The notes beneath the pieces are model-generated. The model saw only the letters and a list, made by a program, of their open reading frames with translations. It searched no databases and was not told the DNA's origin. This document shows positions 50,450 to 58,577 of a stretch of DNA of 64,000 nucleotides, piece by piece; the stretch's first letter is position 1, and every line of letters begins with the position of its first letter. Origin of the DNA: Candidatus Kapaibacterium sp. (GTDB lineage Bacteria; Bacteroidota; Ignavibacteria; Kapaibacteriales; UBA2268); contig CALKJQ010000030.1 in NCBI GenBank assembly GCA_937995785.1, positions 353-64,352 on the forward strand. Direction: 5' to 3'. A program made the position numbers and the translations under genes.

Positions 50450-52009
50450 TTAAAGATGTTTTTTAAAATAAATTCTAATTATGCTATGGATAAAAACTCC
50501 AAGAATTGTCAATATAATTAGTCCAAATCCAGCATAATCAACTATTTGTGAGCGGTCTCGTCCGGGGATATAGAAGTCTGTTAGCTTTTCTAATCTCGAG
50601 TTAGTCCGTGTGTGACATTCTTTGCATTGCACAGATTCCTCTTTGGTCGAAACCATATGATTTACGGGCCAATACATCATAGTTTCGATAAAAGAAACTT
50701 GACCACTAAAGGGCAATCCAACATTTTTCATTCCTATTTCTGATGCTTTTACCCAATCGAAATCTTGCCAAAATCCACCTTCGCCTGGTTTGTCGGCATA
50801 CAATTTTGGTTGAATTATAATTTTGTTAATTGGGTCGTAAGGCTGTTTAGCGGTGTGAATTTTAACGGGAACTATTTTCGATTCGGGATCGTTGTAACTG
50901 CCGTGTAACTGATTCAATAATATTGGTTTGCTATCATCTCGAATTTTATCGCCCGAAATATAGTGACTTGAAGTGCCATTGAACCAAATATAATCTGGTT
51001 TGACGTTTCTTGCCCAAACAAATTGACCTTTAATTGACATATAACTATGATTCCCCAGAGAATCTTCTTCAGTATAGGGCTTACCATCTTTCAATTTTCC
51101 AGCTTTGCTCCAATCCCAATACATTTTTGTTGAATTAGCTTTGGCATAAACAGGAATATGGCAAGTTTGGCATGCCACTTTTAATGTGTGTTCGTTTAGT
51201 ATTTCTTTTTCGTGAGGGGTTGATGTATGGCAATCTTCGCAAAAAGCGCGGTTGATATTCATCGACGATAACGAGTAAACTTTGCCTGCAATGTTGTGGT
51301 TCTTTGTTTTATGGCAATCAACACAAGTCATATTCATTCCATCGGTACCCATATGTATATCTATGGATTTCGATGGTTCGAACATAGACATTTCCAGATC
51401 TCCGTGCTTTACGTTATTGCCACCGCCGCCATAAAAGTGGCAAACCCCACAATTTGATCTGTTTGGTTTGCCCACATTTTGAGCTACAAAATTAAAATTA
51501 ATGTCTTCTTTTGGCTTTCCTGCCATATTATCTGCTTTCGTATAGGTTTCGGTTTGGTCGTGGCAAACCATACAGTCAATATTTGTGGTATCGGTAAAAC
51601 CTTTTCCGTCGCTATCTATGCCATACCCAATATGACACTTGGCACATGCTTTTTCGTTGCTCGATGCACTTAAACAAAAATTATTAACAGCATTGCGTTT
51701 ACCAATGTAAGTGATACCCCGACCTTTGATATAATCAACTCGTTCCCAATTCCAGTGATTAGAGTTCATAACTTGATGAGATGTTAGATTGTGGCAAGTT
51801 TCGCAAGCTTTTGTTACTTGTTGTGGAGTGGTAAATGGTTGTTTGAGTATATCGAATTTTGAGTGATCCACTCGGGGTTGCTCTTTTTGCGAATAGCTTT
51901 CTTTCAAAATCAATTTATTGTTTGCAGGTTTTTCGGTTTGCCTAAGCGAACCAATGATTATGATAGAAATCAAAGCTATTATTGCTATTGCTAACGATAT
52001 CTTTCGCAT
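50450..52009 (-). CDS. Octahaem c-type cytochrome, tetrathionate-reductase (Otr)-like family
   Basis: Eight CxxCH motifs are present: CETCH, CAKCH, CMVCH, CGVCH, CVDCH, CEDCH, CQTCH and CKECH. It has an N-terminal signal anchor, an HWNWE motif after haem 1, and a predicted C-terminal TM helix (FGLIILTILGVFIHSII). Confidence 0.75.
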   Translation of the reverse strand: MRKISLAIAIIALISIIIIGSLRQTEKPANNKLILKESYSQKEQPRVDHSKFDILKQPFTTPQQVTKACETCHNLTSHQVMNSNHWNWERVDYIKGRGITYIGKRNAVNNFCLSASSNEKACAKCHIGYGIDSDGKGFTDTTNIDCMVCHDQTETYTKADNMAGKPKEDINFNFVAQNVGKPNRSNCGVCHFYGGGGNNVKHGDLEMSMFEPSKSIDIHMGTDGMNMTCVDCHKTKNHNIAGKVYSLSSMNINRAFCEDCHTSTPHEKEILNEHTLKVACQTCHIPVYAKANSTKMYWDWSKAGKLKDGKPYTEEDSLGNHSYMSIKGQFVWARNVKPDYIWFNGTSSHYISGDKIRDDSKPILLNQLHGSYNDPESKIVPVKIHTAKQPYDPINKIIIQPKLYADKPGEGGFWQDFDWVKASEIGMKNVGLPFSGQVSFIETMMYWPVNHMVSTKEESVQCKECHTRTNSRLEKLTDFYIPGRDRSQIVDYAGFGLIILTILGVFIHSIIRIYFKKHL

Positions 52010-52067
52010 TGTCTGTCTTTATATTTAATTCAACAATCATTATTTTTAAAATAATTTATATACTAAA

Positions 52068-52511
52068 TTATTGTTGTTGTTCGGTCCAATTTCCCAAAAC
52101 TTTAATTAATGTTTTGAGTGAGCTTTGGATTACTTTAAGTTCTTCGTCGCCAACATTTTCGAGTAATTCTTGGTGTATGTCGATGTAATTTTTGTGTAAA
52201 TTATCGATAAATAGCACTGCTTTTGCTTGAAGTCGCACAATAACGTTTCTTTTATCTTTTTCGTCGGGCAATCGCAATACTAACTTTTTATCCTCTAATG
52301 ATGTGAGAATATGGGTTATCCGTCCAGGCGTCAACTTAAGTTCTGCAACTAAATCGCTCACTCGGCGGACATTTGTGCCATCGAAAAGTTTTAGCATTTT
52401 AAGTTCAGTTGGTGATAAATTAAAACTTGCGGCAAATTTTTCTTCTTTCAAAACGCATAATCGCGTTAATTCGCAAATCAATTCAGCAGTACTTTGAATA
52501 TCGTTATTCAT
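52068..52511 (-). CDS. MarR-family transcriptional regulator
   Basis: It is a 147-aa winged-helix protein (LSPTELKMLKLF...VSDLVAELKLTPGRITHILTSLEDKKLV.R..DEKDKRNV). It heads the cytochrome operon. Confidence 0.8.
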   Translation of the reverse strand: MNNDIQSTAELICELTRLCVLKEEKFAASFNLSPTELKMLKLFDGTNVRRVSDLVAELKLTPGRITHILTSLEDKKLVLRLPDEKDKRNVIVRLQAKAVLFIDNLHKNYIDIHQELLENVGDEELKVIQSSLKTLIKVLGNWTEQQQ

Positions 52512-52723
52512 TATCTATCCCTTTGTTTATTTATAAAAAATAAATTGATTTTTTACAAAATTACAAAAATATTTTATTCTATAAAAAAAATAGTTAAAAT
52601 ATGAACAATATTTAATTTTTATGATTATTTTTTTTAATACAATTCAAGATGTAATAATAAGATTGCATAATATTGATTAATTTATTGCTAATTTTACATT
52701 TTTCAAAATTGAAGTATCAAAAT

Positions 52724-53725
52724 ATGAATAAAGACATACAGCTTTTTGGAATGGGCAATGGTTTAGTCGACCTGCAATACAATATTTCGGAAGATACAAT
52801 GTCGGATTTTGGAATGCTAAAAGGCGAAATGCATTTAATCGACGATGAGGAAAGGTCGCGAATTATACATTATTTTAAAAATTATAAATATAACATTTGT
52901 AGTGGTGGCAGTGCTGCCAACTCCATAATCGCCTTTTCCCAACTTGGCGGAAAGGCGGCATATTCCACAGTTTTAGGCGATGATTTATTTGGCAATTTCT
53001 ATGCTTCTGAATTTTCTCAATTGGGTATCATATTAGATGCAGAGTTGCTTCCAGAAAAATCGACGGGAACTTGTTATGTGTTTATTGCTCCAGATTCGGA
53101 AAGAACAATGCTTACTTATCTTGGAGCAACTGCGCTGTTTTCACCAAAAAATGTGAGCGAAGAACTAATTAAACGCTCACAATGGATTTACATCGAGGGC
53201 TATAAATTTAGTCAGCAAAGCAGCACCGAAGCCGTTAATTATGCAATGAGTCTTGCAAAGAAACATAATACTAAAATCGCATTTACTTTTTCGGATGTTT
53301 TTATTACCGAAAACTTTCGAAGCAAAGTGGAAGCGGCTTTCGACCAAGCAGATTTGATATTTTGTAACGAGAACGAGGCAAAATCTTTTACCAAAGAAAC
53401 CGAAATGGACAAAGCTATAAAGTCAATTTTCGATAGAATTAATGCAGCAGTTATCACCAAAGGGTCTGAAGGCTCAATTATTAAATACGGCGACGAAATA
53501 ATAAATATTCCGCCTTATGCAGCCAATCCTATAGATTCTACTGGTGCCGGCGATATGTTTGCAGGTGCTTTCCTTTATGGTTTGATTCAGGAAAACGACC
53601 TTACTTTTGCTGGACACTTAGCATCGCTCTGCGGAGCCAAGATTGTATCAAAATTGGGTGCGAGGATGGACGAAGATTTTCATAGTATCGTCAACGAGAT
53701 TAAACAAATAACTTCAAAACTATGA
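52724..53725 (+). CDS. PfkB-family carbohydrate/nucleoside kinase, adenosine kinase-like
   Basis: GGSAANS and DSTGAGDMFAGAF are PfkB motifs. The start is placed at MNKDIQLFG (ATG at 52724) rather than the upstream TTG. Confidence 0.7.
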   Translation: MNKDIQLFGMGNGLVDLQYNISEDTMSDFGMLKGEMHLIDDEERSRIIHYFKNYKYNICSGGSAANSIIAFSQLGGKAAYSTVLGDDLFGNFYASEFSQLGIILDAELLPEKSTGTCYVFIAPDSERTMLTYLGATALFSPKNVSEELIKRSQWIYIEGYKFSQQSSTEAVNYAMSLAKKHNTKIAFTFSDVFITENFRSKVEAAFDQADLIFCNENEAKSFTKETEMDKAIKSIFDRINAAVITKGSEGSIIKYGDEIINIPPYAANPIDSTGAGDMFAGAFLYGLIQENDLTFAGHLASLCGAKIVSKLGARMDEDFHSIVNEIKQITSKL

Positions 53726-55047
53726 GAAAAAACGCATTTATAACCTTGTTTGTTTTCTTGAGTTTATTCTACACATCTTTTTCACAATCGGGAATATCCT
53801 ATTCGGAATTTCTAAAAAGAGCCGAAGATTACTTTAATTCCGATATGATAAACGATTTGAGAAAAGCTTTTAGTAATCCACAAAGAATTGTGATTTGGAG
53901 TTGGGATGTGGGAGATTTTTCGGGCGATAAAAACAATGATTTGGCATTTACATATAGGATTACGGGTGATAGAGAGCAAAATGTTTACCTAAGAATGTAT
54001 GCCGACATTGATGGATTTTTGGTAAATGTGGGCGACTTCCCATTCAAATTTATTGACTTACCTCTCGAAGTTGGTGCAAACATCAAAGATGGCACTTGCT
54101 TCGTATCCCAAAAAATCAAAACTGGTGCTTGGAAAATATTCGGTTATCGACTTTTTAATGGTGCTGTGATTTTTAAAGAAGAGTTCTCGTCCGAAAAAAT
54201 CGACAACCTTTCTGTTGATAAAACAACTGATTACTATCATTTAACTGAACATACCAAAATAACTAATGATAAAAATAAAGTTCTCTACGAAAATAAATAT
54301 TTTAATATCCCAAGTTACCACCGAGGTAGGTTAATTTATCACGGATATTCAAATAAAGTTATTCTGGATGAAGTTGATTTTGTTCCTCGCGGAGCATACT
54401 GGTGGAATGGCGATAAAGATTGCAAAGCCGAAATAACTTCGGCTTACGATGAAGATTTTATTTACTTTCAATTTATAATAACCGACGACATTATTGTCAA
54501 AAAAACTTGTGATTCTTGCTACTCAGATTACATTAGCGTCTGGTTCGATTTGATGAATATTGGAGATGTGGTTCACTACACTATAAAAAATAATAAAGTT
54601 ATAGTGAACGACACTATGAGCCGAGCTTTATACAATTTTGTGATATATCCCGGCGATTTTAAGGATATTCCCGCTTACGTGCAAGCATACACGAGCGACA
54701 ACCTGACAACTATCCAACAAATTTCCACCTCACAAATTAAAGCAGTATCCAATTTAACAGAAAATGGATACGTAGTGAAAGCGAGAATACCCTTAAGCAT
54801 ATTAGGGGTGGATATTTCGTCGATAAGTGGGGATTTTTATAAAATTGCTTGTAGTGTCGAAATCCACGACATTGATAATGAATTTCGTCCCGACGAGGAA
54901 ACTGTTTTGGCAACGAGCAAATTTAATTACGCCAATTCATCTACCTATGGAGCGATAATTTTTGTTCCTTCCAATCAATGGTATGGAGAAACAAATAATA
55001 TTTATCGTCAAGAAATTTACCAAGTGCTTCTCGAATTTGGGTATTAA
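53722..55047 (+). CDS. Secreted hypothetical protein (one FG-GAP-like segment; C-terminal CBM9/DOMON-like region)
   Basis: It has a signal peptide ending FSQS. WDVGDFSGDKNNDLAF is FG-GAP-like. The C-terminal half (AEITSAYDEDFIYFQFIITDD...DYISVWFD) is reminiscent of family-9 carbohydrate-binding-like folds. Its ATG overlaps the kinase TGA (ATGA). Confidence 0.45.
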   Translation: MRKNAFITLFVFLSLFYTSFSQSGISYSEFLKRAEDYFNSDMINDLRKAFSNPQRIVIWSWDVGDFSGDKNNDLAFTYRITGDREQNVYLRMYADIDGFLVNVGDFPFKFIDLPLEVGANIKDGTCFVSQKIKTGAWKIFGYRLFNGAVIFKEEFSSEKIDNLSVDKTTDYYHLTEHTKITNDKNKVLYENKYFNIPSYHRGRLIYHGYSNKVILDEVDFVPRGAYWWNGDKDCKAEITSAYDEDFIYFQFIITDDIIVKKTCDSCYSDYISVWFDLMNIGDVVHYTIKNNKVIVNDTMSRALYNFVIYPGDFKDIPAYVQAYTSDNLTTIQQISTSQIKAVSNLTENGYVVKARIPLSILGVDISSISGDFYKIACSVEIHDIDNEFRPDEETVLATSKFNYANSSTYGAIIFVPSNQWYGETNNIYRQEIYQVLLEFGY

Positions 55048-55048
55048 T

Positions 55049-56266
55049 TTATTTGAACAACAAAGTCGCATCGCCATAGCTCAAAAATCGATAATTATTT
55101 TCGAGAGCCTCTTTGTAAATTTCTTGCATAGGTTCGCCACCAACAAATGCACCAACAAGCAGCAACAAAGTGCTTTTAGGTAAATGGAAATTTGTAATCA
55201 TCCCGTTTATCATCTTAAATTCGTAACCTGGCACAATCATCAATTGCGTCTCGCCAATCAAGGAGGTGGAATTATTTTTTCTCATCATATCAATTAGTTT
55301 TTCGATAGAATCAAGATCTGTTAAAGTTGGATTGGAGTTTCGCCATACCCATTGGTTCAATTGTATGTTATCTAAAGAGCTAAAATCTGAGGAACCAATC
55401 CAATATAAGGATTCTAAAGTTCTTACACTTGTTGTGCCAACAGCAATAATTTTTTTTTTATTTCTTAAGGATTCGCGTAACCTATCTAAAAATTGGATAT
55501 CTATTTGGAATTGTTCATAGTGCATTTTGTGATTATCAACATTATCAGTTTTTAATGGGACAAAAGTTCCCGAACCTACGTGAAGAGTTAGTTCTAATAT
55601 TTCCACACCATTTTGGACTAAATCGTCGTTAACCATCTCGGTGAAATGAAGTCCTGCAGTTGGTGCGGCGATAGAACCTTCTTTCGTTGCAAAGAGGGTT
55701 TGATATTTAATCTTGTCATCTGCTTTTTGCTGCCGCTTTATATACTCGGGAAGTGGAATTTTGCCAATTTCTTCGAGTAATTCAGAAAGTGTAAGTTGTG
55801 ATGGTTCCCAATTTAATTCCACAATTCTTTTGCTTTCGTAAATTTCGATAATTTTGGCTCTTATCTTAATATTATCAGAAAACTTACCTTCGAGTGTCAA
55901 ACCAAGTTTTAAGTTTTTTCCCCGCATGATGCAGAGCCATTTTTGAGGTGGTCGCGAATTTAGAGCTTTTTCGGGAACTTTATGGTCTAACGGGGTTTCC
56001 AAAAGCAATTCCACATTACCACCCGTTGGCTTTCTTAGAAATAAACGTGCGGGGAAAACTTTTGTATTATTACGAATTAAAACATAATTAGAATCGATTA
56101 TTTCGGGTAAATGATAAAAAAACTTATGCTCTATTTTATTATTTTGTGCATCATAAACCAACAACTTAGCATTATCGCGTTTTTCCAATGGATATTGAGC
56201 GATTCGCTCGGGGGGCAAATAATAGTTGTAATCATCAATCGAAAACGAAAACTTATCTGATACCAT
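55049..56266 (-). CDS. queA: S-adenosylmethionine:tRNA ribosyltransferase-isomerase
   Basis: The motifs YYLPPERIAQYP, AAPTAGLHFT, GTTSVRTLES and LLLLVGAF are present. Confidence 0.9.
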   Translation of the reverse strand: MVSDKFSFSIDDYNYYLPPERIAQYPLEKRDNAKLLVYDAQNNKIEHKFFYHLPEIIDSNYVLIRNNTKVFPARLFLRKPTGGNVELLLETPLDHKVPEKALNSRPPQKWLCIMRGKNLKLGLTLEGKFSDNIKIRAKIIEIYESKRIVELNWEPSQLTLSELLEEIGKIPLPEYIKRQQKADDKIKYQTLFATKEGSIAAPTAGLHFTEMVNDDLVQNGVEILELTLHVGSGTFVPLKTDNVDNHKMHYEQFQIDIQFLDRLRESLRNKKKIIAVGTTSVRTLESLYWIGSSDFSSLDNIQLNQWVWRNSNPTLTDLDSIEKLIDMMRKNNSTSLIGETQLMIVPGYEFKMINGMITNFHLPKSTLLLLVGAFVGGEPMQEIYKEALENNYRFLSYGDATLLFK

Positions 56267-56269
56267 AAA

Positions 56270-58468
56270 TTAACTTATTTCCGCTCCCGATGGGAAATTC
56301 GGCTCCATTGTTGTTATTAAAGATAGTCTTCCGTCCGAAGTTTTGGCAGCGAGCAACATTCCTTGAGATTCAATTCCAAACAACTTCGCAGGCTGTAAAT
56401 TAGCAACAACAACAATTGTTTTTCCTATGATTTCAGAAGGATCATAATATTTGGCTATGCCAGCAACCAATTGTCTATTTTCTTCGCCAATTTGAATTTG
56501 CAGTTTCAATAATTTTTCGGCTTTTGCCACTCGTTCAGCTTCGATTACTTTTGCTGTTCTTAATTCGATTTTGCGGAAATCATCTATCGACATTAAATTT
56601 GAGACATCTACCACATTGGAATTGTTATCGGGCTGCATACCTAATTTTGAAATCTGCAATTCGATTGTTTTATCTTCGATTATTGGGAAAAGAACTTGCT
56701 TTAATTCAAATTTTGTTCCGCTTGCAATAGTGGGAAATTTAGATTTATCCCATAAATTTTCCACTGGCACGGCATTGTTAGAACTACCTGTTTCTGGTTT
56801 CCTGCCAAAAGATTCTTGTAATTTTTCGCAAGCGAATGGAATCACAGGTGCAAGTGTTATCGACAAGGTATTGGCGACTTGAATACAAAAATTAAGAGTT
56901 TTAGCTGCCAATAATGGGTTTTCTTTGATAGATTTCCATGGGGCTTCGTCGTTAAAATATTTATTGGCAGCCCTTGCGATGTTCATAATTTCGAAAAAGG
57001 CTTCTTTCAATCTAAATTTATTTAAGTAAAATTTAGATTTTTCGATACCATACCAAATAGAATATATTAAGAGTAAATCATTATTATTCAATAATTTTGC
57101 ACTAAATCCATCGCAAGAAGAATTGTCGATATTAGCGGAATAAGTATCGTCTAAATAATTTACTACCTGTTTCCATTCCAACAACAATTCTAAATCTATC
57201 TCGGGGATCGATGAATTAAAGTTTTTGGACAAAAATTGGGATGTGCGGTTTATAAAATTGCCAAATATGGCGGCTAATTCACTATTATTTTTGGTTTGGA
57301 AATCTTTCCAAGTAAAATCGGCATCGCGTTGTTCGGGTAAATTCATCAACAAAGAATAACGTAATACATCTACAAAGTGAGGTTCGGGAAAATCATTCAA
57401 AAAGTCCTGCAAATCTATGCTCCAATTACGAGACTTTGAGAATTTTTGCCCCTCTAAATTCAAAAATTCATTGGCGGGGACATTTTTGGGTAGAATATAA
57501 CCATCTTCGCGAGCATATAGCATTGCGGGGAATATCAAAGTGTGGAATACAATATTATCTTTACCAATAAAAGCATAATAATCGGTTTCGGGGTTTTTCC
57601 ACCAATTGGCGTATTCTTCTTCGTTTTTTAACGTGTTGCGTGCCCACACTTTGGTAGCAGAAATATAGCCAAGAACGGCATCGAACCAAACATAAAGGGC
57701 TTTGCCTGCAGTTTTTTCCCTGGGAATGTCAGTAATTTTTTCCAACTTGACGCCCCACAAAAGGTCCCGTGTTATTGCCCGCTCGGTTAAGCCAAGTTTG
57801 AGCCAACTCCTACTTTGTTGCAAAACATTATCCTTCCAATCTTGGGAATGGCTTTCTATGTAATTTTCGAGAAATTTCTGAAAATTCTGAAATTTAAAAT
57901 ACCAATGCGTAGTTTTACGAACTTCGGGTGTTTCTCCCGTGATAATACTTCGTGGATTTTTTAATTCAATTTGATTATAATATGCGCCGCAGCTGTCGCA
58001 CTGGTCTCCGCGAGCTTTGTCGGAACCACAATTAGGACAAATTCCCTCCACATAACGGTCGGGCAAAAACATATTTGCTTTGGGATCGAAAAATTGTTCT
58101 TCCTCTTTTTCTACCAAATGACCTTTTCGGAGGAAATCAGCAAAAAATTCCAAAGCAATTTGGTGGTGTTCCTCGATAGAAGTGCGGCTATAGATATCAA
58201 AAGACATTCCAAATTTTTGGAATGCCTCGTAATTGGCAAAGTGGTATTTGTCGATAATTTTTTCGGGAGTTGTATTTTCTTTCTCGGCAGAAATTGTTAT
58301 GGCAACACCGTGTTCGTCCGAACCACAAACGTATAAAACTTTCTTGCCCGATAATCGCAAATAACGGGCGTAAATATCTGCAGGTAGGTATGCTCCCGCC
58401 AGATGTCCTAAGTGAATATACCCATTTGCATAAGGTAATGCCGAGGTGATTAATATCTGATTCATCAA
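56270..58468 (-). CDS. metG: Methionine--tRNA ligase with C-terminal tRNA-binding (EMAP/Trbp111-like) domain
   Basis: The HIGH motif (YIHLGHLAG), the KMSKS motif (KFSKSRN) and a zinc knuckle (CPNCGSDKARGDQCDSCG) are present. Confidence 0.95.
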   Translation of the reverse strand: MMNQILITSALPYANGYIHLGHLAGAYLPADIYARYLRLSGKKVLYVCGSDEHGVAITISAEKENTTPEKIIDKYHFANYEAFQKFGMSFDIYSRTSIEEHHQIALEFFADFLRKGHLVEKEEEQFFDPKANMFLPDRYVEGICPNCGSDKARGDQCDSCGAYYNQIELKNPRSIITGETPEVRKTTHWYFKFQNFQKFLENYIESHSQDWKDNVLQQSRSWLKLGLTERAITRDLLWGVKLEKITDIPREKTAGKALYVWFDAVLGYISATKVWARNTLKNEEEYANWWKNPETDYYAFIGKDNIVFHTLIFPAMLYAREDGYILPKNVPANEFLNLEGQKFSKSRNWSIDLQDFLNDFPEPHFVDVLRYSLLMNLPEQRDADFTWKDFQTKNNSELAAIFGNFINRTSQFLSKNFNSSIPEIDLELLLEWKQVVNYLDDTYSANIDNSSCDGFSAKLLNNNDLLLIYSIWYGIEKSKFYLNKFRLKEAFFEIMNIARAANKYFNDEAPWKSIKENPLLAAKTLNFCIQVANTLSITLAPVIPFACEKLQESFGRKPETGSSNNAVPVENLWDKSKFPTIASGTKFELKQVLFPIIEDKTIELQISKLGMQPDNNSNVVDVSNLMSIDDFRKIELRTAKVIEAERVAKAEKLLKLQIQIGEENRQLVAGIAKYYDPSEIIGKTIVVVANLQPAKLFGIESQGMLLAAKTSDGRLSLITTMEPNFPSGAEIS

Positions 58469-58577
58469 TTCTTCGATTTACTAAAATTCAAAATTAACTA
58501 ATTTATTAAAAAATAGTAGTTTATGTTTTCTAAATTTCGTAATTTTACAATGCAGCAAAAGAAGGAAATCGAAAATT

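Noticed and set aside
55450-55459. Homopolymer tracts as possible phase-variation switches: T10 in queA, A9 at 60022-60030 in the TPR gene, and G8 at 39219-39226.
   Set aside because: A/T runs of this length are expected in a genome this AT-rich, and they fall in housekeeping or intact reading frames. The G8 tract is intergenic, inside a terminator loop. There is no evidence of frame disruption.
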